DNA from: Chiloscyllium plagiosum
Lineage: Eukaryota
Assembly: GCF_004010195.1 (NCBI RefSeq)
Contig: NC_057755.1
Location: 11,470,441-11,534,440 of the forward strand
Direction of reading: 5' to 3'
Length of the DNA stretch: 64,000 nt
Shown here: one piece after another, positions 37,879 through 52,100 of the stretch
Position numbering within the stretch: position 1 is the first letter of the stretch
Layout of the letters: each line of letters starts with the position of its first letter
Program-made: the position numbers and the translations under genes
Notes under the pieces: generated by a model
The model's database searches: none
Told to the model about the DNA's origin: nothing
Seen by the model: the letters and a program-made list of their open reading frames with translations, nothing else

Positions 37879-40800
37879 CCTCAAAGTGTCACCGTCTCTG
37901 TGACTCCCAGGTACGTGTAATCCTCCATTCCACACTCCGTTCTACTCCCTCACATGGTCACCGTCTCTGTGACATCAACGTAGGTGTGATCCTCCAGCTC
38001 CCACTCCATTCTTCTCCCTCTCGTTGACACGGTCTCTGTTTTTCCCAGGAAAGTGTAATCCTCGATTTCCCACTCAACTCTTCTCCTCACATCTCACCGT
38101 CTCTGAATCCCAGGTACATTTAATCCTCCAGATCACATTCCATTCTGTTTCCACACAGTGTCACTGTCTATGTGCTTCCAAGGTAAGTGGAATCCTCCAG
38201 ATCCCACTCCAATTTGCTCATTCACAGGTTAACCTTCTCTGTGAATTCCAGGTACATGTAATCCTCCAGCACACACTCCATTCTGCTCCTCAGTGTCACC
38301 TTCTCTGTGAATCTCAGCTACGTGTAATCCTCAAGCACGCACTCAACTCTGCTCCCTCACAGGGTCACATCTCTGTTGTTCACAGGTAAAGTAATCCTCG
38401 TGCTCCATTCGAATATATTCCCTCACAAGGTGACCATCTCTCTGACACCCAGGTTCGTGCAATCCTCGGGCTCCCTTTCTACTTTGCTCCCTCACAGTTT
38501 CACTGCAACTGTGAATCCCAGGTACATGTAATCCTCCAATGTAATCCTCTGCTGTGCTCACCCAGGGTCACCATATCGATTAATTCCAAGTGTGTGTAAT
38601 CCTGCAGCTTTTACTTCACTCTGCTCTCTCACAGGGTCACCGTCTCTGTGACACCCCGGTACTTGTAATCCTCCAGCTACCAGTACCATTTTGCTCAATC
38701 ATGTGACCATGGTCACTGTTACTCCCAGGAATGTGTAATCCTAGGCTCATTTCTGCAGCCTCGCAGGGTCACCATGTTTGTGAATACCAGGGCGTGCAAT
38801 CCACTCCAGCTCCCACTCCACTCTGACCAGCACATCAGTGATTCCCATGGAAGTGAAGCCCTCGAGTTCCATTCCACTCTGCTCCTTCATAGTGTTCCCG
38901 TCTGCAACTCCTCTGCAATTCAGGGATGTGTAATCCTCCACCTCACAATCCAGTCTGCTTCCTCACAGCGTCACCATCTCCGTGATTCCCAATTATATGT
39001 AATCCTCGTGCTCCACTTCACTCTATTCCCTCCCAGAATCGTCGTCTCTGTGATTTCCATGCACATTTAATCCTCTTGCTTGCTCTCCACTGTGATCCCA
39101 TATACGTTTGCCATCTCTGTTACTCCCATGTTCATGAAAACCTCCCCCTGCCACTCCTATCTGCTCCCTCACAGGTTCACCATCTCTGTGACTTTCAGGT
39201 ACATGTAATCCTTCAGCTCACACTTCGCTCTGCACCCCAAGACGCTCATTGTCTCTGTGACTGGCAGGTAAATATATTCTTCTTGCGCCCACTTCATTCT
39301 GCTCCTCACGTGGTCTCCGTCTCCGTGATTCCCAGGAACGTGTCATCCCAGAGTTCCCAGTCGATTCTACTGCTCATTGGGTCAGCGTCTCCATGACTCC
39401 CAGTTAGGTGTTAACCTCAAACTCACACTCCATTCTGCTCACTGACAGTGTCACCATATCTGTGGTTCCCAGGCCCATGTAATTCTTCAGCTCCCACTCT
39501 AATCTGCTCCCTCACAGGGTCACAGTCTCTGTGAATTCCAGTTCTGTGTAACCCTTAAGCTCTCAATCCACTCTACTCCCTCACAGGATCACCACCTCTG
39601 TGGTTTCCAGGTACGTGTAACCCTCCAGGTCCCACTACATTCTGCTTCCTCACATAGTCACCGTCTCTGTGATTCCCAGAAATGTGTAATCCTCATGTTT
39701 CCACTCCATTGTGCTCAGCACATGTTCAGCGACCCTGTGATTCCTGGGTGCATCTAATCCTCCACCTCACACTCTATTCTGCTCCCTCACAGTCTCACCG
39801 TCACTATGACTCCCATGCACATGTGATCCTTGAGTTCCCACTCCAATGTGCTCCCTCATAGGGTAACCGTATCTGTGACTTCAAGCTATGTATAATCCTC
39901 CAGCTCCCACTACACTCTGAAAGTCACAGTGAAATATTTTCTATAACTCAAGTCCGAGTAATCATTTAGCGCACACTCCACTCTGCTCCCTCACAGTGTT
40001 ACCGTATCTGTTAATCCCAGGTACGTGGAATCCTCAAGCTCACACTCCACTCTGCTTCCGGACTGGGTGAGTCTCTGATTCCCAGTTAAGTGGAATCATC
40101 GCGCTCCATTCCACTCTGCTCCTTCATAGTTTCCCATCTCTCTCATTCCCAGGTATGTGTAATGCTTGTTCTCCCACTCCACTCTGCTCCCTCACAGGAT
40201 GTCACAATGTCCCTGTGACTCCCAGATCCATGTAATCCTCCCCGTACATTCTGCTCACCCGCGTGGTCACGATCTCGGCTACTCCCAGGAACTTGTAATC
40301 CTCATGTCACCACTCCATTCCGCTCTGCATATGTTCACTGTCGCTGTGATTCCCAGTTACGTGTAATTCCCCAGCTCACACTATATTCTGCTCCCTCATA
40401 GTATCATCGTCTCTGTGACACCCACGTACGTGTGATCCTCGAGCTCCCATTTCAATCTTCTCCCTCATAACATAACCGTATCTGTGAAGTATCTGTGTAC
40501 CCACTCCACTCAGAACTTCACTGTGGCATCTTCTCTCTAACTCACAGGTGCGTGTAATCATCCAGCTGAAATTCCTCTCTGCTCCCTCACAGTGTCACCG
40601 TCTCTGTGAATCCCAATTATGTGCAAGCCTCAAGCTCGCACTCCACTCTGCTCCTTTGTAGATAATCCTCGAGCTCCATTCAACTCTGCTCCTTCATAGT
40701 GCCATCGCCTCTCTCATTCCAAGGTATGTGTAATCTTCGGTCTCCCACTACACTCTGCACACTCACAGGGTCATGGTCTCTGTGACAGCCAGGTCCATGT

Positions 40801-41110
40801 AATCCTCCTGCCCCAACTCAACTTCACTGACTCACAGGTTCACCGTCTATGTGACTCCTAGCATCCTGTAATCCTCCTGCTCCCACTAAATTCTGCACGC
40901 ACAGTATCAATGTCTCTGCGAACCACAGATACATGAAATGCTCCAGCTCCCACTCCACTCTGCACTTCACAGTGGCAACCACACTCGATCATTCCCAGGA
41001 ACGGTACTCCTCCAGCTCCCACTACATTCCGCTCCCTTCCAGTGTCATCGTCTGTGTGAATCCTAGGTACATCTAACTCACCAGCTTCCACTCTACTCTA
41101 ATTCCACAGA

Positions 41111-41428
41111 TTTTGGATCAGTGGTGCTGGAAGAACACAGCAATTCAGGCAGCATCCGACGAGCAGCAAAATCGACGTTTCGGGCAAAAGCCCTTCATCA
41201 GGAATAAAGGCAGAGAGCCTGAAGTGTGGAGAGATAAGCTAGAGGAGGGTGGGGGTGGGGGGTGGGGAGAAAGTAGCGTAGAGTACAATAGGTGAGTGGG
41301 GGAGGAGATGAAGGTGATAGGTCAGGGAGGGGAGGGTGGAGTGGATAGGTGGAAAAGGAGCTAGGCAGGTCGGACAAGTCCGGACAAGTCAAGGGGACAG
41401 TTCGGAGCTGGAAGTTTGAAACTAGGAG
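41111..41428 (-). mobile_element. Longer Penelope-derived fragment with canonical CUGAUGA hammerhead core; 9-bp TSD
   Basis: Minus 41174-41201 = ctgatgaagggcttttgcccgaaacgtc; ttccacaga at 41102-41110 and 41429-41437. Confidence 0.85.
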
Positions 41429-44247
41429 TTCCACAGAGTCGCACTGTCTGAGTCCCAAGAACGCTTAATGTTCCAGCTCCCACACCCTTCTGCTCCCTGA
41501 CAGGGTCAATATCCCTGTAAATCCCAGGTACTTGTAATCGTCCACCTTCCAATCTATTCTAATGCCTCACAGGCTGAAATTCTCTCTAATTCACAGGTAC
41601 GTGTAATCCTCCCACTCCACTCTGCTCCCTCACAACGTCGCCATCTCTGTGACTTCAAGGTACGTGTAATCCACTAACTCCTACTCCACTCTGACCTTCA
41701 CAATTGCATCTTCTCTGTAACTCTCAGGTACGTGTAATCCACCATCTCACAGTCCAGTCTGCTTGTCGCAGCATTACCATCTCTGTGGCTCCCAGTTACA
41801 TGTAATCCTCGAGCTCTACTCCACTGCATTCCCTCTCAGAGTCACCGTCTCCATGATTTCCAGGTATGTGCAAACCTGTAGCTCACACTTCACTGTCCTC
41901 CTTCACGGGGTCACTGTCTCTATGAGTCCCAGATACGTGTAATCCTCCATCTCCCACTCCGCTTTGTTCCCTTACAGTATCACCGTCTCTGTAACATTCT
42001 GGTTTGTGTAATCCTGCAGCTCCCACTCCATTCTGCTCCCTCACGTGGTCATGGTCTTTGTGACTTCCAGGAATGGGTTATCCCCGAGTTCCCAACTCCA
42101 TTCTGTTCCTCATAGTGTCACCGTCTCTCTGAACCCCACTTAGGTGAAGACCTTAAGCTCAAACTCGCCTCTGCTCCCTCACGGGGTCACGTCTCTGGTA
42201 TTACAAGGTAAGTGGAATCCTCGAGCTCCATTCCACTATACTCCTACACGGTCTCTGTGACAAACCTAATACGTGTAATCCTCCAACTCCCACTCCATTC
42301 TGCTCCCTCACCTTGTCACCGTCTCTGTGACTCCCAGGAACGTGTAATCCTCAAGCTCATATTCCATTCTGCTCTCTCACAGTATCACTGTCGCTGTGAT
42401 ATCCAGGTCCGTGTAATCTGTCGAGCTCCCAGTCCACGCTACTCCCTCACAGGGTTACCAGCTCTGTGACTTCCAGGTACGTGTAATCCTACAGCTCATA
42501 CTCCACTCTGCTCCCCCACTGTCTCATCGTTTCTGTGATTCCCAGTAACATGTAATCCTCCACCTTCCATTCCAATCTGTTCCATCACATGTCACCGTTT
42601 CTATCAATCACATGTATGTGCAATCCTGCAGCTCCCACTTCTCTCTGCTCCCTCATAGATCACCTTCTCTGTGACTCCCAGGTACGTGTAATTCTCCAGC
42701 TCCTATCCCACTCTGCTCCCTCACAGGGCCATAGTCTCTGTGACGCCAGGAACGTTTAATCTCCAGTTCACACTCCATTCTGTGACTTCCAGGTACGTGT
42801 ACTTCTCAAGCTCCAATTCCACTCGACTCACTCACAGCTCCACCATCTCTGTGACTCCCAGGATCATGTAATCCTCCAGCTCCCACTCCAGTCTGCGCCC
42901 GCACACAGTTACTATCACTGTGACTCCCAGTTCTGTGTAATCCTCCAGCTCCCACTCGACTCTGACCTTCACAATGGCCACTTATCTGTAACTCCCAGGT
43001 GTGCGTAATCCTCTAGTTCCCATTCCAATCTGCGCCCTCGAAGGGTCACGGTCACTGTGACTCCCAGGTACATGTAATCGCATACCTCCCAATCCCAGCT
43101 GGCCCCTCCCAGGATCACTGTCTCTGACTCCCAGGTACGTGTAATCGTCAAGCTCCCAATCCAGTCTGATCCCTCACAGAGTCGCCGTCTCTGTGACTCC
43201 CAGTTACATGTAATCCTCCAGATCACAGTCCACTCTGGACCTCACAGGTTCACTCTCTCTGTAACTCCCAGATACGTGTATTCCTGCATCTCCTACTCTG
43301 CTCTTCTTCCTCACAGGTGCACCGTTTCTGTCATTTACATGTTTGTGTAATCGTCCAGCCTCAACTACATTCCACCCCCTCACGTGGTTGCGACCTCTAT
43401 GACTCCCAGGATTTTGTAATTCTCCAGGTCCAACTCCAATCTGCTCCCTCGCAGGATCACCGTCTCTGTGACACCCAGGAACGTATAATCCTCACGAACC
43501 AACTTCATTTTGTTCCCTCACAGTGTCAACATTTCTGTGAATTCCAGGTACGTTAATTGTCCCGCTCCCAATCCACAGTGAACTCTCACAGTCTCAACAT
43601 TGTCATGACTCCCAGTTACGCATAATCCTCAAGCTCCCCTCCACTGTATTCAGTGTCACCGTCTCTGTGACTCCCTGGTAAATGGAATCCTTCATCTCCT
43701 AGTCGAATCTGTTCCCTCACACGGCACCGTCTCTGCAATTCTTAGGTTGGTGTAATCCTCCAGCTCACACTCCATTCTTCTCGCTCACATGGACACGATT
43801 CCTGTGACTCAAAGATCGTGTAATCCTTCAGTTCCCACTCCATTCAGCACCCTGACAGATTCACTTTCTCCGTGAATTACAGGTATGTAAAACGTTCCAG
43901 CTCCCACTCCACTCTGAATTTCAAAGTTTCATCCTCTCTGTTTCTCCCAGCAATGTGCAAGCCTGTATCTCCCCACTCCAATATACTCCCTCCAGTTTCA
44001 AAGTCTCTGTGAATCCCAGATACGTGTAAGCGCCAAGTTCATACGCCACACTGTTCCCTCACAGGGTCACATCGCTGTGATTCCCAGATAAGTGAAATCA
44101 TCGAGCTCCATTCCCCTGTGCTCCCTCACAGGGTCACCGTCTCTCTGAATCCCCGATGCATTCAATCATCCGGCTCTGCTCCCTCAAACGGTTACATAAC
44201 TGTCTATCCCAAGTAAGTGTAACCCTCGAGCTCCCTCTCCACTCTGA

Positions 44248-44355
44248 AACCAAAAGAGAAATGCCTGAAAATCTCAACAGGTCTGGTAGCATCTGTAAGG
44301 AGAGAAAAGTGCTGACGTTTCGAGTCTAATTGACCCTTTGACAAAGGGTCATGCG
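44248..44355 (-). mobile_element. Second Penelope-derived family fragment with hammerhead remnant and a small fold-back
   Basis: gacgtttcgagtc...tgaccctttg-a-caaagggtca perfect 10-bp inverted repeat; aaatctcaacaggtctggtagcatctgt body. Confidence 0.6.
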
Positions 44356-46043
44356 CAATAATTTGCTATTATCCTCTCCACTCTGCTCCGTTACAGGGTC
44401 ATCATATCTGCGACCGCCAGATATGTGTACTCCTGAAGCTCACACTCCACGCTTCTTCCTCAAAGTGCCATCTTCTTTGTGCCTCCCAGGTTTATGCAAT
44501 CCTCCAACTTCCATTCCATTCTATCACCGTCTATTTGAATCCTATGTACGTGCAATCGTCCATCTCCCAACCAAATGAACCACATGTTCACCGCCTCTGT
44601 GAATCCCAGGTATGTTTAATCCTCCAGCTCCCACTCCACTCTTATCCCGCACAGTTTCGCCGTCTCTGTGATTCCCACATCTGTAAAATCCTCCAGCTCC
44701 CACTCTGATCTGCTCCCTCAAAGGAGCACTCTCTTTGAAATCCAATTATGTGCAATCGTCCAACTCCCACTCCTGTCTGTTCCATCTACGGCTCACTGTC
44801 TCTTTGACTCCCAGGTACGTGTAATCCTACAATTTCAACTCCGCTCTGCTCCTTCACAGGGTCACCATCTCTGCGAGTTCAAGATACGTGTAATCCTCCA
44901 GCTCCCACTCCATTCTGCTCACTCAATGGTCACGGTCTCTGCTCCATCAATGGGTCACTGTCTCTTTGAATCCCAGGAGCATACAATCCTCGATTTCCAA
45001 CTCCATTCTTCTGCTCACATCTCACCGTATCTGTGACTCCCAGGTTCATTTAATCATCCAGCTTTCACTCCATTCTTCTCTCACACAGGGTCACAGTCTC
45101 TGTGATTTCCACTTATATGTAACCCTCCTATCCCACTCCAATCTGCTCGCCCACAGGCTAACCGTCTCTGTGACTTCCAGGTATTTCTAATGTTCCAGCT
45201 CTAACACCTTTCCGCTCCTCACAGATTCACCTTCGCTGTGAATCTCAGGTACGTGTAATCCTCAAATTCCACTCGCGGGGTCACGTCTCTGTTATTCACA
45301 GGTGAAGTGATCCTTGTGCCCCATTCGACTTTGCTTCCTCACTGTGTCGCCGTCTCTCTGATTCCCAGGTACGTACAATCCTTGGACTTGCTCTCCCCTC
45401 TGCTCCTTCGCAGTTTCACTGTAACTGTCAATCCCAGGTACGTGTAATCCCACTCCACTGTGCTCCCCAACAGGGTCACTATATTTATGACTTACAGGTA
45501 CATGCAGCTCCTACTTCACTCTGCTCCCTCACAATGTCACGGCCTCAGGAACACCATGGTATGTGTAAACTCCAGCTCCCAGTAACTTTCTGCTCACTTA
45601 TGTGATCACGGACTCTGTGACTCCCAGGAATGTGTAATCCTCGTATTCCCATTCCTTTCTGCACCCAACAGGACTGCGTCTGTGAATTCCAGCTCCGTGT
45701 AATCCACCAGCTCCCACTCTACTCTGACCTTCACAGTGCCATCTTCTCTGTGACACCCGGGTATACGTAAGCCTCCATCTACCAGTCCGCTCTGCTCCTT
45801 CACATTGTCACCGTCTCTGTGACTCCCAGGTTTGTGTAATCCACCAGCTCCCACCTCATTCTGCTCACTCACATCGTCGCCGTCTCTGTGACTCCCAGGA
45901 ACGTGTAATGTTTGAGTTTCCACTCCATTCTGCTCCTCATAGGATCAACGTCGCTGTGACTCCCAGATACCATAATTCTCCAGCTCACACTCCATCATGC
46001 TCTTTCACAGCGTCACCATCTTTTTGATTGCCGGATACATGTA

Positions 46044-46127
46044 GAAGGGCTTATGCCCGAAACGTCGATTCTCCTGTTCCCTGGATGCTGCCTGACCTAC
46101 TGCGCTGTTCCAGCAACACATTTTCAA
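46044..46127 (+). mobile_element. 5'-truncated hammerhead/Penelope-derived insertion
   Basis: gaagggcttatgcccgaaacgtcgattctcc...; atacatgta duplicated at 46035-46043 and 46134-46142. Confidence 0.85.
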
Positions 46128-49100
46128 CCCAGAATACATGTAATGCTCTAGGTACAACTCCAATCTGCTCCCTAACATGGTAACCGTCTCTGTGATTTCC
46201 AGGTAAGTGCAATCCTCCATCTCCCACTCCACTCTGAACTACGCAGTGGCAGCTTCTTTGTACCTCTCAGGTACGTGTAATCTTCCAGCTCCCATTCGAA
46301 TCTCCTCCCTCGCAGGGTCATGGTCTCTGTTACTCCCAGGTACGTGAAACCCTTGCAATCCTCTCGACGCTATTCCCTTGCTGCAGCACCGTATCTGTGT
46401 CTCTCAGGTACTTGTAATCCCACACCTCCCAGTCCAAGCTGCTCCCTCGCAGTATCACAGTCTCTACGACTCCCAGGTACGTGCAATCCTCCACCTTCCA
46501 GCCCAATGTGCTCCGTCACATTGTCACCGCCTCGGTGAATTCCAGGTATGTCTAATCATTCAGCTGCCACTCCACTTTTATCCGTCACATTGTCGCCATA
46601 CCTGTGACTCGCAGGTTCGTGTAGTCCTCCAGCTCCCACTCCAGTCTGCTCTCTCACCAGCTTTCCGTCTCTTTAACTCCCAGGTACGTGAAATCCTCCA
46701 GTGCCCTCTCCATTCTGCTCCCCCCCCAGGTTAATCGCAAATGTGAATTCCAGGTACGTGTGATCCTTCAGCGCCTACTTCACTCTGCTTCGTCACAATG
46801 TCACCGTCTCTGTATCACCCTGGTACGTGTAATCCTTCAGCTCACAGTCCCATTCGGCTCGCTCACGTGATCGCCGCCTCTTTGACTCCCAGGAAAGTGT
46901 AATCCTCAAATTCCCTCTCCTGTCTGCACCCTCACAGAATGGCCGTGTCAGTGAATTCAAGGTCCGTGTAAGCCATCAGCTCCAACTCCACTCTGGCCTT
47001 CACTGTGACATCTTCTCTGTGACACCCAGCTACATGTAATCCTACGAGTCCCAGTCCGTTCTGCTCTCTTACAGGTTCACCATCTCTGTGAGTTCCAGGT
47101 ACGTGTAATCCTCCAGCTGCCACCCCATTCTGCTCTCTCACGTGGTCACGAGCTCTGTGACACCGAGCTACGTGTAATCGGGGAGTTCACACTCCATTCT
47201 TCTCCTCACATGTTTACCATTTCTTTGATTCCCAGGTACGTCTAATCCTCCAGGTCCCACTACATTCTTACCTGCACAGTTTCGTTGTCTCTGCGAGTCC
47301 CACATTCGTGTAGTACTCCCGCTCCACTCTGCTCTGCTCCCTCATAATAGCACCCACTTTGATATCCAATTGTGTGTAATCGTCCAGCTCCCACTCTGCT
47401 GCATCAACGGCTCACTGTCTCTTTGACTCTCAGGTACATGTAATCCTACAATTCCAAATCTGCTCTTCTCCCTTGCAGGTAACCGTCTCTGTGAGTTCAA
47501 GGAACGTGTAGACCTCCAGCTCCCACTCCATTCTGCTCCCTGAATGGTCACGGTCACTGTGACACCCAGGAAAGTGCAATCCTCGATTTCCCACTCCATT
47601 CTTCTCCTCACATGTCACCGTCTCTGTGACTCTCAGGTTCATTTAATCATCCAGCTCTCAATCCATTCTGTTCCCACACAATGTCACAGTCTCTGTGATT
47701 CTCAGGTATGTGTAATCCTCCAGAACCCACTCCAATCTGCTCGTCACAGTATCATCTTCACTGTGAATCTCAGGTACGTGTAATCCTCAAATTCGCAATC
47801 CACTCTGCTCCCTCGTGGGATCACGTCTCTGTTATTCACTGGTAAAGTATTCTTCATGCTGCATTCGACTTTGCTTCCTCACAGGGTCACCGTCTCTCTG
47901 ACTCCTAGGTATGTGCAATCCTCGGTCTTGCTCTTCAGTCTGCTCCCTCGCAGTTTCACCGTAACTGTGAATCCCAGGTACGTGTAATCATCCAATTCCC
48001 ACTCCACTGTGCTACCCAACAGGGCCATTATATTTATGACTTACAGGTACGTGGAATCCTGCAGCTCCTACGTCTCTCTGCTCCCTCACCGTGTCACCGT
48101 CCATGGAACACCATGATACGTGTAATCTCCAGCTCCCAGGACCATTCTGGTCGCTGTGATCACGGTCTCTGTGACTCCCAGGAATATGTAATGTTCGTCT
48201 TCTGACTCCTTTCTGCAACCTGTCAGAATGACCGTGTCTGTGATTTCCAGCTCCGTGTAATCCACCAGCTCCCAATCTCTATGACTCCCAGGTATATGTA
48301 AACGTCCACCTCCCAGTCTGCTCTGCTCCCTCACAGTGCCATCTTCTCTGTGACTTCTAGGTTTGTGTAAACCAGCAGCTCTCACTGCATTCTGCTCATC
48401 CACGTCGTCGCCGTCTCTGTGACTCCCAGGAACCCGTAATGCTCGAGTTTCCACTCCATTCTGCTCCTCACAGGATCAACGTCGCTGTGACTCCCAGGGA
48501 CCGTAATCCTCCAGCTCACACTCCATCCTGCTCTCTCACAGCGTCACCATCTTTGTGATTGCCGGATACGTGTAATGCTCTAGGCCCAACTCCAATCTGC
48601 TCCCTCACATGGTAACCATCTCTGTGATTTCCAGGTAAGTGCAATCCTCCAGCTCCCACGCTATTATGAACTATACAGTGGCAGATTCTTCGAACCTCTC
48701 AGGTACGTGTACTCTTCCAGCTCCCATTCGAATCTGCTCCCTCGCAGGGTCACGGTCTTTGTGACTCCCAGGTACGTGAAATCCACTTGATGCTATTCCC
48801 TCCCGGCATCACCGTGTCTGTGATTCCCCGGTATTTGTAATCCTACACCTCCCAGTCCAAGCTGCTTCCTTTCAATATCACTGTCTCTGTGACTCTCAGG
48901 CACGTGTTAGTCTTCAAATCCCACTCTATTCTGCTCCCTCACATTGTCACTGTCCCTCTGAATTCCAGTTACATCTAATTGTCTAACTCCCACTCCACCT
49001 TTTTCCCGCAGTGTCGCTGTCCCTGTGACTACCAAATTCGTTTAGCCTTCCCGCTCCCACGCTGCTCTGCTCCCTCAAACGCGCACTTCTCTGTGTTTTC

Positions 49101-52100
49101 CTTTTATGTGTAATCCTCCAGTTGCCACTCCAGTCTGCTCCCTCACAGCTTCTGTCTCTTTAACTCCTAGGTACGTGAAATCCTCGGACTCCATCTCCAC
49201 TCTGTACTTTCGCAGGTTGACCGTAAATCTGAATTCCAGGTACGTGCAATCCTCCAACTCCCACTCCACTGTGCTCCCCGACCGGATCACCAGCTCTATG
49301 AAATCCAGGTACGTGTATCCTTCAGCTCCTACTTCACTCTGCTTCGACACAATGTCACCGTCTCTGTAACACCCCGGTACGTGTAATCCTCCAGCTCCCA
49401 TTACCATTCTGCTGGCTCACGTGACACGGTCCCTGTAACTCCCAGGAACATGTAATCCTCAAATTCCCTCTCCTTTCTGCACCCTCACAGCGTGACAGTG
49501 TCTGTGAATTCAAGTTCCATGTAATCCACCAGCATCCACTCCACTCTGGCTTTCTCTGTGGCATCCTTTATGTGACTCCCAGGTACATGTAATCCTACAA
49601 CTCCCAGTCCGCTCTGCTCTCTTACAGGCTCACCATCTGTGTGACGTCCAGGAACGTATAATCCTCCTGCTCCGACTCTGCTCTACTCCCTCAAATGCAC
49701 ACGTCTCTCTGATTTCCAGTTACGTGTAATCCTCCAGCTCCCACTCCAGTCTGCTCCCTCACCAGCTTTCTGTCCCTTTAACTCCCAGGTATGCTGAATC
49801 CTCGGGCTCCTTTTCCACTCTGCTCCCTCGCAAGTTTACCATCTCTGTGAGTTCAAGGTACGTGGAGACCTCCAACTCCCAAAACATTCTGCTCCCTTAA
49901 TGGTCACTGTCTCTGTGACTCCCAGGAACGTGCAATCCTTGATTTTACACTTCATCCTTCTCCTCACATCTCACCGTCTCTGTGACTCTCAGGGTCATCT
50001 AATCATCCAGCTCTCACTCCATTCTGGTCCCACACAGTGTCACAGTCTCTGTGATTCCCAGGTATGTGTAATCCTCCAGATCCCACTCCGATCTGCTCGC
50101 TCACAGGCTAACCATCTCTGCGACTTCCAGGTACTTGTAATCCTCCAGCTCCCACACCTTTCTGCTCCTCCCAGTGACACCTTCACTTTGAATCTCAAGT
50201 GCGTGTAATCCTCAAGCTCGCATTCCACTCTGCTCCCTCGTGGGGTCATGTCTCTCTTATTCACAGGTAAAGTGATCCTCATGCTCCATTCGACTTTGCT
50301 TCCTCGCAGGGTCACCTTCTCTCTGACTACTAGGTACGTGCAATCCTCGGTCTTGCTCTCTACTTTGGGTTCTTGTAGTTTCACCATAACTGTGAATCAG
50401 CAAGTATGTGTAATCCTCCAATTCCCACTCCACTGTGCTACCCAGCAGGGACATCATAATTATGATTTACAGGTACATGCAAACCTGCATCTCCGACTTC
50501 TTTCTGCTCCCTCACGGTGTCGCCATCTCTGGAAGGCCACGGTAAGTGTAATCTCCAGCTCCCAGTACCATTCTGGTCGCTTACGTGATCAAGGTCTCTG
50601 TGACTCACAAGAATGTGTAGTCCTCATATTCCCACTACATTCAGGACCCTGTCAGAATGACCGTGTGAATTCCAGCTCCGTGTAATCCACCAGCTCCCAC
50701 TCCACTCTGAGCTTCACAGTGTCATCTTCTCTGTGACTCCCAGGTAAATGAAATCCTCCACCTCCCAGTCCGTTCTGCTCCCTCACATTGTCACCGTCTC
50801 TGTGACTTCCAGGTTTGTGTAATTCACCAGCTCTCATTACGTTCTGCTCACTCACGAAGTCGCCGTCTCTGTGACTCCCAGGTACCGTAATCCTCCAGCT
50901 CACACTCCATCCTGCTCTTTCACAGCGTCACCATCTTTTTGATTCCCGGATGCGTGTAATGCTCTAGGTCCAACTCCAATCTGCTCCCTCACATGGTAAC
51001 CATCTCTGTGACCTCTAGGTAAGTGCAATCCTCCAGCTCCCACTCCATTCTGAACTACACAGTGGCAGCTTCTTTGAACCTCTCAGGTACGTGTAATCTT
51101 CCAGCTCCCATTCGAATCTGCTCCCTCGCAGGGTCACGGTCTCTGTTACTACCAGGTACGTGAATCTTTACTCAATCCACTCGATCCTATTCCCTCCCAG
51201 GATCGCCATATCTGTGTCTCCCAGGTACTTGTAATCCTGCACCTCCCATTCACAGCTGCTCCATCACAGTGTCACAGTCCCTGTGAATTACAGGTACGTG
51301 CAATCCCCCAACTCTCAGTCCAATGTGCTCCCTCAAACGGGAACATCTCTGTGATTTCCTTTTACCTGTAATCCTCCAGCTTCCACTCCAGTCTGCTCCC
51401 TCACCAGCTTTCTGCCTCTTTAACTCCCAGTTATGTGCAATCCTCGGGCTCCCTTTCAACCCTGCGCCCTCGCAGGTTCACCGTAAATGTGATTTCCAGG
51501 TACGTGCAATCGTCCAACCCCCACTGCACTGTGCTCCCTTACAGGGTCACCATCTCTATGACTTCCAGGTACATGTATCCTTCAGCTCCTACTTCACTCT
51601 GCTCCGTCGCAATGTCACCGTCTCTGTAACACCCTGGTACGTGTAATCCTCCAGCTCCCATTACAATTCCTCTCTCTCACGTGATCACGCTCTCTGTGAC
51701 TCCCAGGAACATATAATCCTCAAGTTCCCTCTCCTTTCTGCACCCTCACAGTGTGACCGTGTTGATGAATTCAAGTTCCATGTAATCCACTAGCTCCCAC
51801 TCCACTCTAGCCTTCACGGTAGCATCTTCTCTGTGAGTCCAAGGTTCCTATAATCCTACAACTCCCAGTCCGCTCTGCTCTCTTACAGGCTCACCGTCTC
51901 TGTGACTTCCAAGTACGTATAAATCTCTAGCTCCCACTCCATTCTGCTCCCTCACGTCACCCCATCTCTGTGACTTCCAGGAATGTGTAATGCTCGAGGT
52001 CCGACTCCGTTATGCTCACTCACAGTGTCACCGTCTCTGTGATTTCCCGATGCGTGTAATCCTCCAGCTCCAATTCCAATCTGCTCCCACACAGGTAACC

